This document shows, one piece after another, positions 17,901 to 27,359 of a DNA stretch of 64,000 nucleotides. The translations under genes were made by a program, and so were the position numbers. This DNA is from Candidatus Ryanbacteria bacterium CG10_big_fil_rev_8_21_14_0_10_43_42. GTDB lineage: Bacteria > Patescibacteriota > Minisyncoccia > Ryanbacterales > 2-02-FULL-48-12. Every line of letters begins with the position of its first letter. Positions within the stretch are counted from its first letter, which is position 1. The notes under the pieces were generated by a model. The model saw only the letters and a program-made list of their open reading frames with translations. It was not told the origin of the DNA and did not search any database. The DNA lies in NCBI GenBank assembly GCA_002793915.1, contig PFEF01000003.1, forward strand, positions 18,854-82,853. The letters run 5' to 3'.

Positions 17901-19169
17901 TCATCCCTGTATCAAAAACGTATTAATGCCCTTTCTAAGGGCTGGGAAAAGAAATTAAAGAAAAAGGAACATGATGCTATTGTAGACCGCGTTAAATATG
18001 CGGCCATGTACAATGCTGTGTTTTCCGTGGCAGGCGCCGCACTAAGCGATACATACGAAACATTTGTTAAGTTAAACGGAAATATAGTGGACACACCCGA
18101 ACTTGCCGCGCCTCGCGCGCCTGCTTCACCACGTTTTTCTTCAACGAACAGTGATATGTCGCCCGAAGAACTCATAACAAAACCCCCTCCTCTGCCTGCG
18201 AATACTTCCCCCGATGATAGTTATCGATATAATCCGGAAGGAAAACGTGATCCATTTTCTGTTCCGGAGACGGTACATAAAGCAATGACCGAAATTCCGG
18301 CAACGGAAGAAGATGCGCGCGAAATAGTCCAAAAAACGCATATGTCGGTCGTTCGTGAGGGGGAAAATGTCTGGCGCGCCACCCGCCGCTTTATTGAAAG
18401 CGATACCCTTACAAATAAGGAATGGGCGGAAGCATGGGGTAATTCTCCCGATATTCATGATAAAGATCTTGTTTATGCCGGAACTGCTGTTGAATATGAT
18501 GCGGGAGAAAAGAAATTTATTGTTTCTCGACATTTGGCGGAAAAAGAACCGACCTCATATGCCGCCCTGGGAGAAAAACCCCCTACCCCATCAGAAACAT
18601 CATCTCATGAAGCGGTGATTGCCGCCCAAAAAGAAGGAGCCGCTATTCTGAAAAGCCCCATCGAAGAAAGCAGTGTGTCATTCAAAGATGCCATTACGCA
18701 TCCGAAAAAATTTGCTGATACATTTAGGGGAGAAAATTTATACGTTCAGGACGCTGTTATTGGTAATATTCAACGCCGTGTAAGCGACTTACGCAGTCTT
18801 GGTGAAAGTCTTTACCAAGAGGAGATCTCCCAGGGAGATGATTTAATGAGCAAACTCCTTTCGAATGCGTCCTACCAAGAAAACCAGAAGCAATGGCTTC
18901 GCCTTCAGTCAATATGGGAGAAAGATCTTACTCTTAAAAAAGAGGCCTTCCACGCATTAATGGAATGGCGGGTTGAGGATTTTCGCTCCATGAAACATGC
19001 TCTCACGGAAGGGCGCACGGAAGGCGGCGCAATCGGCAAAATACTTTATAATCAAATAATGAAAACGGGAGACGGCATACTTAAACTACTGGAAGGCATT
19101 GATAAGCGTATTCCGCGCAACATCCCCGAAGGCACTACCCTTAGTGATGCACTTCGGCGCACCGTTTAG
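14934..19169 (+). CDS. giant acidic hypothetical protein (1411 aa) with one central hydrophobic segment
   Basis: Single uninterrupted ORF. N-terminal third is E/K/P-rich low complexity (EKEEEEKEKEEEK) with an internal repeat PENIPVPEENALA x2. Putative transmembrane segment GFIAYPLAGAAGAAVAGVGVHGLL. No catalytic motif recognised. Confidence 0.7.
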   Translation: MEKKRKSFIDGRDALNILREAFTSRDKKTPPFSGHIAELQKSLHGPEAHTVAIDTEKSSDTLNETPPLTTNLGDVFKRAKQKAESNASSSTETNPSLKNGELPPEKTPGENATLHNAAARILRGETPLPHEQEVLENELEKAGINEEVKTEKELSPEKNSPGISDKERNEYVDRLLTRMRNGTGKGYGQGQGAGPGYEETWLRGWMAEQMAEHANSPSIQEEIRAIGERALALEKEKKNADDAPKMPPAPIPETDSKEVVTLADHSPDTEEDKKETGNNLPETILITPENIPVPEENALAIVQDTHPKSDAVSEQVDTPMEEHPPVKEGLKKTEQVALFIQKYDALLEALETKRPTAEEQLERLARGIAQRTQFNVREIEQRLADAEDDGDKVMYEKAIELIKEEITPDEESFAQEHVNASEKKEEDIPENIPVPEENALASIAKKTEHPPEQQEEYSPIKKEDLPEKPLREEKEEEEKEKEEEKIARLGVAWKALNEQVEEERKKQEDAEKKRRTDTTKREQPLDPNDLPSEKKEQTDTPNTENITAHREQPMSHITPRVEQVFKTSGIPLEHIREIPGYEKLSEGQLILLCRNIQEMTVGFVHREAHTQFEQDANTSDATKWLSEKMESFIDTKAKKYPWMEQLYKGLAIGSTFTHFLGNAWHRATEDVQLEKRREHALMNKELFFNDPTTKNHIRILADRLQEGPDVIIHGKNIELHYLSENIMDPYWEKLPAHDRIKAKAILTSFNKSVWKFQETPFAKDKEHKKEKAFVKNRDKLLAVINNPDFSAYMTRIEGVAREQKFLRSNEDAAKYLACVEDKSALWAAYGKMALERGTSVVLGRTVRAGINGLTGFIAYPLAGAAGAAVAGVGVHGLLRRGRVRREETIKREQGVTNALRPYMNASNLSRRFETLLSRTETTTDKKSRERNLLFLERLVHATEGRAEEGLITYGEKEKAGSVEVNRYELGMHIAKARVLLAQEHLDKEKSSLYQKRINALSKGWEKKLKKKEHDAIVDRVKYAAMYNAVFSVAGAALSDTYETFVKLNGNIVDTPELAAPRAPASPRFSSTNSDMSPEELITKPPPLPANTSPDDSYRYNPEGKRDPFSVPETVHKAMTEIPATEEDAREIVQKTHMSVVREGENVWRATRRFIESDTLTNKEWAEAWGNSPDIHDKDLVYAGTAVEYDAGEKKFIVSRHLAEKEPTSYAALGEKPPTPSETSSHEAVIAAQKEGAAILKSPIEESSVSFKDAITHPKKFADTFRGENLYVQDAVIGNIQRRVSDLRSLGESLYQEEISQGDDLMSKLLSNASYQENQKQWLRLQSIWEKDLTLKKEAFHALMEWRVEDFRSMKHALTEGRTEGGAIGKILYNQIMKTGDGILKLLEGIDKRIPRNIPEGTTLSDALRRTV
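15795..16257 (+). repeat. 40-bp perfect direct repeat inside the giant gene (15795-15834 and 16218-16257)
   Basis: CCGGAAAACATTCCCGTACCCGAAGAAAATGCTCTTGCGA occurs twice, 423 bp apart (in frame), encoding the duplicated peptide PENIPVPEENALA. Confidence 0.8.
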
Positions 19170-19221
19170 TTAATTTCGTTTATTTTTGACTTCTCTTTGG
19201 TTTTTTTTCTATAGTGCCTCT

Positions 19222-20307
19222 ATGGATACGGAGACATTATTTGCCCATGCACTAAATACCATTCCCGAATTAGGTCCTCTGCGCATGCGTTCTCTTAAGA
19301 ATTATTGCGGTTCTTTTACGGAAGCATGGCACTCCCCCCGTATACGCATAGAAGAAGCTCTGGAGAATAAAAAAATTGCCCATAGCGTTTGTCAAAAACG
19401 AAAAAATATTTCTCCCGAACATTTATGGAAAGATATTACCTCCTCCGACATAACGGTCCTTCTTCCCGACTCTTCCCTATATCCAAGACGTCTCCATACC
19501 ATACCGGCTCCTCCTCAAATTTTATACCTAAAAGGAATTCTTCCGGCCGAAGACACTCCCGCCATAGCCGTTGTCGGCACGCGTCATCCGACGCAATACG
19601 GAAAAGATATGTGTGATAATATTGTACGCGATCTCTCTCACGCCGGTATTTGCATCGTATCCGGTCTCGCTATCGGTATAGACGCTCGAACACACATGGC
19701 GTCCTTAGATGCAAGCGGTCATACGATCGCCGTTGTAGGATCAGGACTGCATCAAAACGTTCTGTATCCCGCATCCAACAGAAAACTCGCAGATGCCATC
19801 CTGTCTTCCGGAGGAGCTATTATATCCGAATATCCACCATCCCTTCGCGCCGCCACCTGGACATTTCCCCAAAGAAATCGTATTATCGCCGGGATTAGCG
19901 ATGCCACCCTTGTAATAGAGGCGAGAAAACAGAGCGGTACGCGCATTACAGCCAATTACGCATTGGAGTACGGCAGAGACATATTTGCCGTTCCCGGACC
20001 TGTCTATTCTCTCTATTCCGAAACACCTCACATGCTTATCAAAGAAGGAGCAGGACTTGTTACATCAGCTGATGATATTCTCTCCACCTTACCCGGATAT
20101 ACACCGCCCATTAGTACGACATCTTCCGTTGATACTCTTTCATCCGAAGAACATCTTATGCTTTCTTTATTATCCGAACCTCGAACAATAAACGATCTCG
20201 TGCATGCCACAAAAAAATCTTCCGCTGATATAACACGCATTATAAGCATGCTTGAAATAGGCGGGAAAATAAAAAACAATGGCGCCGGCACATACCACAA
20301 CGTATAA
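19222..20307 (+). CDS. dprA: DNA processing protein DprA (Smf)
   Basis: Rossmann core AVVGTRHPTQYG...IVSGLAIGIDARTHMASL...AVVGSGLH...TLVIEARKQSGTRITANYALEYGRDIFAVPGP. The start was moved to the internal Met at 19222. Confidence 0.85.
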   Translation: MDTETLFAHALNTIPELGPLRMRSLKNYCGSFTEAWHSPRIRIEEALENKKIAHSVCQKRKNISPEHLWKDITSSDITVLLPDSSLYPRRLHTIPAPPQILYLKGILPAEDTPAIAVVGTRHPTQYGKDMCDNIVRDLSHAGICIVSGLAIGIDARTHMASLDASGHTIAVVGSGLHQNVLYPASNRKLADAILSSGGAIISEYPPSLRAATWTFPQRNRIIAGISDATLVIEARKQSGTRITANYALEYGRDIFAVPGPVYSLYSETPHMLIKEGAGLVTSADDILSTLPGYTPPISTTSSVDTLSSEEHLMLSLLSEPRTINDLVHATKKSSADITRIISMLEIGGKIKNNGAGTYHNV

Positions 20308-20315
20308 TTACACAC

Positions 20316-22382
20316 ATGAGTAAAAAGTTAATCATCGTAGAATCACCCACAAAAGCCCGCACCATCTCCCGCTTTCTCGGAAAAAAATATTCCGTAGAAT
20401 CCAGTATGGGGCATATTCGTGATCTACCGGCATCACAGCTCGGTATTGATGTTGATAATGATTTTGAACCACACTATGTTATCTCGCGAAAAGTACAGCC
20501 TCAAGTAAAAAAACTGCGGGAACTCGCAAAAAAAGCGGATACCATTATACTTGCAACTGATGAAGATCGTGAAGGAGAAGCTATAGCGTGGCATCTTACT
20601 TATGCTCTTAAACTGCATGAGGAAAAAAATGCCGAAAAACATGTCGAGCGTATTGTATTCCATGAGATAACCAAACATGCCATCGAAGAAGCTCTTGAAC
20701 ATCCGCGCTCAATCAATACCCATCTGGTAAATGCCCAACAGGCCCGGCGCATTCTCGACAGAATCGTCGGTTATAAACTTTCTCCCTTTTTGTGGAAAAA
20801 AATTGCCAAGGGACTTTCCGCCGGACGTGTGCAGTCCGTTGCTGTTCGTCTTATAGTTGAGCGTGAAAAAGAAATTTCCGAATTTAAGCCGGAAGAATAT
20901 TGGACAATCACCGCGCACTTCGCCGGAAAACAACCCTTTACCGCGCGCCTCTACAAAGCGAATGGGGTTATTGTCCCCCAACGCGGTATTACGACAAAAA
21001 AGGAATCGGACGTTATTTTGAAAAATCTCGAGCAAGCGGCATACACCATTACATCCATCGAAAAAAAGGCGAGTATGCGAAATCCCCGTCCGCCCTTTAC
21101 CACAAGTACCCTCCAACAGGCCGCCTCAAGCCGTTTTGGGTTTTCAGCAAAACAAACCATGCGCCTTGCTCAACAATTATACGAAGGTATTGTTATAGAC
21201 GCTAAAGGTGCCGTAGGTCTTATAACCTATATGCGTACGGACTCGCTCAATCTTTCAGAAGAGGCCCTTTCACACGCTAAAACATTTCTTACCGAATCAT
21301 TCGGTGAGAAATATGCTCTTCCGGAACCCCGCCGCTTTAAAACAAAATCAAAGGGAGCGCAGGAAGCTCATGAAGCAATTCATCCCACCGACATCACACG
21401 TACACCGGAATCGATAAAAGACAAACTTGAACCGCGTCAATATAAATTATACGAACTCATCTGGCAAAGATTTTTAGCAACTCAAATGCCGCCGGCACTA
21501 TTTGATGCCACAACCATTGATATAAATGCCGACGACTATACATTCCGCGCCACCGGATCCGTTCTTATATTTGATGGATTTCTTGCCGTATATCCCATGA
21601 AAACGGAAGATACGCTTCTGCCGGTTCTGAAAGAACATGACGTTCTTTCTCTTGAGAAACTTGCCTCCGAACAGCATTTCACCGAACCTCCTCCGCGATA
21701 TTCGGAAGCATCACTCATTAAGGCTCTGGAACAAAACGGCATCGGACGGCCATCCACCTACGCACCCACCATAAGCACTATCCAGGATCGCGGCTATGTG
21801 GAACGTAATGAAGCAAAACGCCTCCAGCCTACGGAAATGGGTGGTATGGTAAATAATGTTCTTGTAGAACATTTTCCAAATATTGTTGATATTGCATTTA
21901 CAGCGGATATGGAAAACAAGCTAGACGATGTCGCAGAAGGAAATACTGAATGGGTAGCCCTTATCCGTGACTTCTATCTCCCCTTTGCGAAACGTCTTGA
22001 GGAAAAATATGAATCAGTCGAGAAAAAAACAATGGATGAAGAGACGGATGAACTATGCGAAAAATGCGCCAAGCCTATGATTATAAAACATGGACGGTTT
22101 GGGCGGTTTATGGCATGTTCCGGCTTTCCTGACTGCCGTAATACAAAACAACTTCCCCAACATACGCTCGGCATTACTTGTCCCGTATGTAAAAAAGGTG
22201 ATATTATTCCTCGCCGCACAAAGAGCAAACGCATGTTCTACGGATGCTCCGAATATCCGGCATGTGATTTTGCTTCCTGGGATAAACCAACCCCCCAAAA
22301 CTGCTCCGTTTGCGGGTCACTCATGGTAGAGAAAGGCAAAAAAATTATATGTTCGGACAAAGAATGTCGTACTCGAGACTAA
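20316..22382 (+). CDS. topA: DNA topoisomerase I
   Basis: TOPRIM N-terminus (LIIVESPTKARTI), active-site Tyr region (GLITYMRTDS), C-terminal Cys4 zinc ribbons (CEKCAKPM...CSGFPDC, CPVCKKG...CSEYPACDF). 688 aa. Confidence 0.95.
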   Translation: MSKKLIIVESPTKARTISRFLGKKYSVESSMGHIRDLPASQLGIDVDNDFEPHYVISRKVQPQVKKLRELAKKADTIILATDEDREGEAIAWHLTYALKLHEEKNAEKHVERIVFHEITKHAIEEALEHPRSINTHLVNAQQARRILDRIVGYKLSPFLWKKIAKGLSAGRVQSVAVRLIVEREKEISEFKPEEYWTITAHFAGKQPFTARLYKANGVIVPQRGITTKKESDVILKNLEQAAYTITSIEKKASMRNPRPPFTTSTLQQAASSRFGFSAKQTMRLAQQLYEGIVIDAKGAVGLITYMRTDSLNLSEEALSHAKTFLTESFGEKYALPEPRRFKTKSKGAQEAHEAIHPTDITRTPESIKDKLEPRQYKLYELIWQRFLATQMPPALFDATTIDINADDYTFRATGSVLIFDGFLAVYPMKTEDTLLPVLKEHDVLSLEKLASEQHFTEPPPRYSEASLIKALEQNGIGRPSTYAPTISTIQDRGYVERNEAKRLQPTEMGGMVNNVLVEHFPNIVDIAFTADMENKLDDVAEGNTEWVALIRDFYLPFAKRLEEKYESVEKKTMDEETDELCEKCAKPMIIKHGRFGRFMACSGFPDCRNTKQLPQHTLGITCPVCKKGDIIPRRTKSKRMFYGCSEYPACDFASWDKPTPQNCSVCGSLMVEKGKKIICSDKECRTRD

Positions 22383-22433
22383 GTTATAATTTTTAATTTT
22401 CGTATCCTACATTTGATAACTATTATGTAAACC

Positions 22434-24164
22434 ATGTCGTGGTCTCATTTCACATCCCTTCTTGTAAAAGAAGGCTATTCTTCCGCTGACTCTTTTTTTA
22501 TTGAAAGGGCTTTTATCTTTGCTGAAAAAGCCCATGCAAAACAAAAACGATCTTCAGGGGACCCTTATATGACACATTGTATTGCAACGGCAGAGCACAC
22601 CGTTCGTCTTCATATGGATGCAAAAACAATAGCGGCCGCCCTACTGCATGATACTATCGAAGATTGTTCCGTTTCCGTAAAAACACTCGAAGAACAATTT
22701 GGTGCCGATGTTGCCTTTCTTGTTGAAGGTGTCACGAAAGTATCTCACGTACGCCACAAGGGTACGCAACGTCATCTGGAATCTTTGCGAAAAATGTTTC
22801 TTGCCGTTGCGGAAGATGTGCGCGTGGTTATTATAAAATTAGCCGATCGTCTTCATAATATGGAAACGATCCAATTCGTACGTCCCGAAAAACAAGGACG
22901 TATTGCCCTCGAGACGCTGGAAATCTACGCACCCATAGCGTACCGGCTCGGCATATGGGATATAAAAAGCCGTCTTGAAGATCTTGCTTTCCCTATCGTT
23001 TACCCCGACGAATATAATATGACACGTAATTTTGTCGAGGAGCGCGTTTCCGAAGGGCGCGCATATCTTGAAAACCACGTAAAGCCGTTTTTAGAAAAAG
23101 AACTTGCGGAAGAGCGTATTCATTTTTCCTCTATAGGAACTCGCGAAAAAAATTTATACAGTACATGGAAAAAAGCTGTCTCGTATGATATGGATTTTGA
23201 TCGCATTACCGATCTTCTTGCCGTTCGCATTATCGTTTCCACCATAGAGGATTGTTATCGTGTCCTTGGCATTATTCATGTGTATTGGAAACCGCTCCCC
23301 GGACGTATAAAAGATTATATTGCTCTACCTAAACCAAACGGATATCGCAGTCTCCATACCACCGTATTTTGCATTAATAATGCCATAACAGAATTTCAAA
23401 TTCGCACGCGTGCCATGCATGAAGAAGCAGAGCACGGCATTGCCGCGCACTGGGCATATACGGAATCGGGAAAACCGAAGGGAGGAGGATCGGTAACACA
23501 CGCCACAACATGGATTCAGGATCTTCGTGAATGGCAAAATACCATAGACCCGACTGACGATGGTGAAACTCTTCTTGAGCTTCTTAAAATAGACTTTTTC
23601 CGTGATCGCATTTTCATTCTTACACCAAAGGGAGAAGCTATTGATCTTCCCGCTGGCGCTACTCCCATCGATTTTGCCTACCGAATACATACTGACATAG
23701 GAAACCATATGATAGGCGCCAAAATAAACGGAAAAATGGCACCATTTTCGGCAGAACTCGTATCAGGAGATACGGTGGAAATCCTTACCCAGAAAAAAAG
23801 AAAGCCTAGCTCCGAATGGCTTTCTTTGGTAAAAACATCTTTAGCACGCACGCAAATTCGTACCGCCCTTCGCAGGGAACCCGACACAACTCCTTCCCCT
23901 ATCCGTATTCTTCCGGATGAACACCCTCTCCGTCATCTTCATATTACGGCACGTAACCATGTAGGCCTTTTAAACGATATTTCCCGCGTATTTACCCACT
24001 TTCGTATTCATATTCAAAATATTTCCATGAACACTAATAATAAATCATTTCCGATTTTTGTGGTTTCCTTTCGTCCGCGCGATAAAAAACAATTACAACA
24101 TGTTATTACACGCCTCAAAACGATTACTGAAATTCAAACCGTTTCCGTACGTGATAAAGAATAA
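22434..24164 (+). CDS. rel: bifunctional (p)ppGpp synthetase/hydrolase (RelA/SpoT homolog)
   Basis: HD hydrolase domain (HCIATAEHT...LLHDTIED), synthetase domain (RIIVSTIEDCYRVLGIIH...YRSLHTTV), TGS region and C-terminal ACT-like tail. 576 aa. Confidence 0.9.
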   Translation: MSWSHFTSLLVKEGYSSADSFFIERAFIFAEKAHAKQKRSSGDPYMTHCIATAEHTVRLHMDAKTIAAALLHDTIEDCSVSVKTLEEQFGADVAFLVEGVTKVSHVRHKGTQRHLESLRKMFLAVAEDVRVVIIKLADRLHNMETIQFVRPEKQGRIALETLEIYAPIAYRLGIWDIKSRLEDLAFPIVYPDEYNMTRNFVEERVSEGRAYLENHVKPFLEKELAEERIHFSSIGTREKNLYSTWKKAVSYDMDFDRITDLLAVRIIVSTIEDCYRVLGIIHVYWKPLPGRIKDYIALPKPNGYRSLHTTVFCINNAITEFQIRTRAMHEEAEHGIAAHWAYTESGKPKGGGSVTHATTWIQDLREWQNTIDPTDDGETLLELLKIDFFRDRIFILTPKGEAIDLPAGATPIDFAYRIHTDIGNHMIGAKINGKMAPFSAELVSGDTVEILTQKKRKPSSEWLSLVKTSLARTQIRTALRREPDTTPSPIRILPDEHPLRHLHITARNHVGLLNDISRVFTHFRIHIQNISMNTNNKSFPIFVVSFRPRDKKQLQHVITRLKTITEIQTVSVRDKE

Positions 24165-24190
24165 CAGATGGAATGCACTATAGCCGGATA

Positions 24191-25381
24191 TTATACCGTG
24201 AACGAATCCGTATCATCTGATGAGTGTTCCGCCGATTCTACCGGCAATTGAACGGCAACAGGATCTGACTGATGAGAAGATGCGTAACGCGCTTCTTCCG
24301 CGGATATGCCGGATACGGGAGCATCCACCGTACGCACTTCTCCGCCAACCATCAATGATTCTTTCCTTTCTTCATGAAGACGCGCCATCAATCCCGTTAA
24401 ATGTTCGAATTCTTCGTCCGAAAAAAAATCTATTGAAATACGTCCTTTTCCTTCGCGCGATCTTCGCACTGTGACACGGGTTCCTAACGCACCGGCAAGT
24501 TCTGTCTCTACCTGTTTTGTTGTTGTGTCGTAAGCACGCCTTTCTATCTGTACTTTTCGCTCAGGAGAAACACCCACACGCGAAACAATATCATGAAAAG
24601 CGCTCTCCACATCGCGCGCAGAAAGACCACTGGCGAGAATCGCATGAAAGAGATTTTTTTGCTCTTCCGGCGCATGTGCCAAAGAAATAAGAGGACGTGC
24701 TTGCCCTTCCGTAAGACGTCCTTGTATAAGCGCATCCTGAACATATTCGGGAAGCGCCATCAAACGTACTGTATTTGCAACCGACTCACGACTCTTTCCC
24801 ACCCGAGCGCCCACTTCCCGCGGTGTTAACTTGAATTCATCCATTAAACGCTTATATGCGCGCGCCTTTTCCATCGGATTCAAATCTTCCCGCTGTAAAT
24901 TTTCTATAAGCGCAAGTTCCAGTTTTATTTTATTAGACTCCTCCCGCCGGACAATGGCAGGCATTTGTTGTAATCCTAGATAGGAAGCGGCGCGATATCG
25001 CCGCTCTCCCGCAATAATTTGATATTCGACACGTGTTCCGGTAGGAACATCTATTTCCTCTTTAGAAACAACAATTGGTTGCAGTACGCCATACTGTCGA
25101 ATGGAGTCGGCCAACGATTTTATTTTTTCCTCGTCAAAATGCGTCCGCGGCTGATGCGGATTTGGTTTTATTTTTGCTACCTCCACCCAAAAAACACTCT
25201 CTTTGGGCTGTTCTTGTGCGATAGGGTTTAGTTGTTCGACCACCGAAGACTCCGAACGATACACTGAAGGAGAAGAAGTCCCGGAAACACCGACTTCTTC
25301 TCCTGAAGTATGTTCCTTTTTTCTCTCATTATCATCCCCTCCCAAAAGAGCATCGAGTCCTCGTCCTAAAACATTAGACAT
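24191..25381 (-). CDS. parB: ParB/Spo0J-like chromosome partitioning protein (with acidic C-terminal extension)
   Basis: ParB box GERRYRAA, HTH region (TPREVGARVGKSRESVANTVRLMALP). Immediately downstream of parA on the same strand. Confidence 0.85.
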   Translation of the reverse strand: MSNVLGRGLDALLGGDDNERKKEHTSGEEVGVSGTSSPSVYRSESSVVEQLNPIAQEQPKESVFWVEVAKIKPNPHQPRTHFDEEKIKSLADSIRQYGVLQPIVVSKEEIDVPTGTRVEYQIIAGERRYRAASYLGLQQMPAIVRREESNKIKLELALIENLQREDLNPMEKARAYKRLMDEFKLTPREVGARVGKSRESVANTVRLMALPEYVQDALIQGRLTEGQARPLISLAHAPEEQKNLFHAILASGLSARDVESAFHDIVSRVGVSPERKVQIERRAYDTTTKQVETELAGALGTRVTVRRSREGKGRISIDFFSDEEFEHLTGLMARLHEERKESLMVGGEVRTVDAPVSGISAEEARYASSHQSDPVAVQLPVESAEHSSDDTDSFTV

Positions 25382-25407
25382 AATATAAACAGTTAAATTT
25401 TATATAG

Positions 25408-26172
25408 TTATCCTACTAGTCCGATTATTTCTTCTGTTAATTGGCAATATGCCTTGGCGCCATGAGAATAAGGGTCATATTCAAGGATTGTTTTTCCAAA
25501 ACTAGGCGCTTCCGCCAATTTAGTATTGCGTGGAATGACCGTTTTAAACACGTAATCCACCGCATTACCCCTCACCTCCTCCAGTATAGCACGAGAAAGC
25601 TTTGATGTTCTATCAAACATGGTAAGAACCACCCCCATGACGCCAATTTTTTTACGCGTCCGCATATTCAATTTTTGTATAGTACGCACGAGCTCGGTCA
25701 TCCCCTCTAGGGCATAATAATCGCACTGCACCGGAATAATAACATGATGAGCGGCAAGAAAGCCGTTAATAGTGAGAATACCCAATCCCGGCGGAGCATC
25801 AATAAAAATAAAATCATATTCGCGCGTAATAGGCAAAAGCGCACGATCAAGGTATGTCTCACGATACCGCGTATTCGCAAGTTCCACAGCGGCGGCGGCA
25901 AGATTGGGAGACGACGGCATAAGAAACAGATTGGAAATATTTGTTTTCTTTATCGCATCGCGCGCCGGAATAGCACCGATTATAACTTCATATGTTGTGG
26001 GTGTATCATCCATTCTTTGTATGCGTCCGGAAAGAGCGGATGTGGCATTCGCCTGCGGATCAAGGTCCACTAAAAGTACTTTTTTCCCGAGTGCCGCCAT
26101 ATATGCCGATATATTCAGTGTCGTTGTTGTTTTCCCCACACCCCCCTTCTGATTTGCAAAAATAATAGTCAT
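25408..26172 (-). CDS. parA: ParA/Soj partitioning ATPase
   Basis: Deviant Walker A KGGVGKTTT, LVDLDPQANAT. 254 aa. Confidence 0.9.
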   Translation of the reverse strand: MTIIFANQKGGVGKTTTTLNISAYMAALGKKVLLVDLDPQANATSALSGRIQRMDDTPTTYEVIIGAIPARDAIKKTNISNLFLMPSSPNLAAAAVELANTRYRETYLDRALLPITREYDFIFIDAPPGLGILTINGFLAAHHVIIPVQCDYYALEGMTELVRTIQKLNMRTRKKIGVMGVVLTMFDRTSKLSRAILEEVRGNAVDYVFKTVIPRNTKLAEAPSFGKTILEYDPYSHGAKAYCQLTEEIIGLVG

Positions 26173-26210
26173 TCAATCAGTATAAAGAAGAACGCCCAAA
26201 GAAGAAAGAA

Positions 26211-26239
26211 TTGAAAACTGTGTAAAAACAGGGTATATT
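26211..26239 (+). promoter_or_regulatory. putative sigma70-type promoter for tRNA-Leu (TTGAAA-17-TATATT)
   Basis: -35/-10 hexamers with a 17-nt spacer about 20 nt upstream of the tRNA 5' end. Confidence 0.4.
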
Positions 26240-26258
26240 GCATACACATATATTGCTT

Positions 26259-26342
26259 GGGCAAGTGTCGGAATTGGTAGACGATCACGACTCAAAATCG
26301 TGTGGCCGTATGGCCGTGTGGGTTCGAGTCCCACCTTGCCCA
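26259..26342 (+). tRNA. tRNA-Leu (anticodon CAA)
   Basis: Acceptor GGGCAAG/CTTGCCC, anticodon stem CACGA/TCGTG with loop CTCAAAA, long variable arm GGCCGTATGGCC, T-arm GTGGG-TTCGAGT-CCCAC. Confidence 0.85.
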
Positions 26343-26429
26343 CTCTTTACCAGTAAGATTTGGTTGTGGTTGTTTCGCACGAGTGCGCCAACCGCGACGA
26401 TGTGTTGAGGGTAATTCATATACGTTAAA

Positions 26430-27296
26430 CTAGAGAGTAGATATCCTACTGTCTTGTAAAAATGGTGTAATATCTTCTGCTGGGATTTCGCGACCAATTG
26501 AAACTTCGGGTGTATATATTACGCCATGCCAGTCGCTTCCACCGGTGATATAGAGCCCCAATTTCCTGCCGAGATTTCTTAATGTGATGACTTCGTCTTC
26601 GGAATGTTTTGGGTAATAGACCTCTAATCCTAAAAGTCCCTCCTTTGCGAGGTTGGCTAATATTTCCTCATATGCTACATGTCCAAGCTTTCGTAACTCT
26701 CTCCCAGAATGAGCCAAGACAGGGATGCCACCTGCGCTGGCGATAAGCTGAAAACTTTCTTTTGGCGTCATCATCCACGTATCATCTTCCTGTTCTATAA
26801 AAACATACTTCCTCAAAACATCTTTAACGGTGATATTTCCTTTAAGATGTTGCGCTACTATTCTCGCGATAGTGTTTCTGCTCACATAGGCTTCATGTCC
26901 GGCGAGTCTGAGCGATTGAAAATCCATTCTCAGGTCTGGAAGTAATTTGTTAATTTTATCAATTATTGCGATTGCCCGACGATTATAGCCATCAATCGTT
27001 CGCTGCAGATTCTTATTCAATATTTCTCGATTGAGTTGTCTGCCATACCCAAGGATATGCAAAGAGAAGTTACTTCCAGACATACGATACAATGTAGAAA
27101 TTTCTACACCATCGATATACTGAATTTGGTTCTTTTCCGCATACGTTTTTATACTTGCGGTGTCTGGAAGGAAATTGTGATCAGTAATTGAAAAGATGGA
27201 GGTTTTCTTGTTTCTTGCCTTATCTATGATTTCTTCCGGCGATAACTCACCGTCGGAAAAATATGAATGTGTGTGCAAATCTAAATACATATACAA
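26430..27296 (-). CDS. PHP-domain phosphoesterase (TrpH/YciV-like)
   Basis: N-terminal LDLHTHSYFSDGELSPEEIIDKA matches the PHP metal-binding motif of TrpH/YciV. Further His/Asp ligands (ITDHN, HILGYG, LAHSG, GGSDWHG). 288 aa. Confidence 0.75.
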   Translation of the reverse strand: MYMYLDLHTHSYFSDGELSPEEIIDKARNKKTSIFSITDHNFLPDTASIKTYAEKNQIQYIDGVEISTLYRMSGSNFSLHILGYGRQLNREILNKNLQRTIDGYNRRAIAIIDKINKLLPDLRMDFQSLRLAGHEAYVSRNTIARIVAQHLKGNITVKDVLRKYVFIEQEDDTWMMTPKESFQLIASAGGIPVLAHSGRELRKLGHVAYEEILANLAKEGLLGLEVYYPKHSEDEVITLRNLGRKLGLYITGGSDWHGVIYTPEVSIGREIPAEDITPFLQDSRISTL

Positions 27297-27359
27297 ATGA
27301 TATTTTATATTATAACAAAAAGCTCCCGTCGGGTTAAATTTTCCGGCGGGAGCGTGGGT

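Noticed and set aside
26285-26497. 70-aa minus-strand ORF overlapping tRNA-Leu
   Set aside because: Overlaps a canonical tRNA and the 3' end of the PHP gene; spurious.
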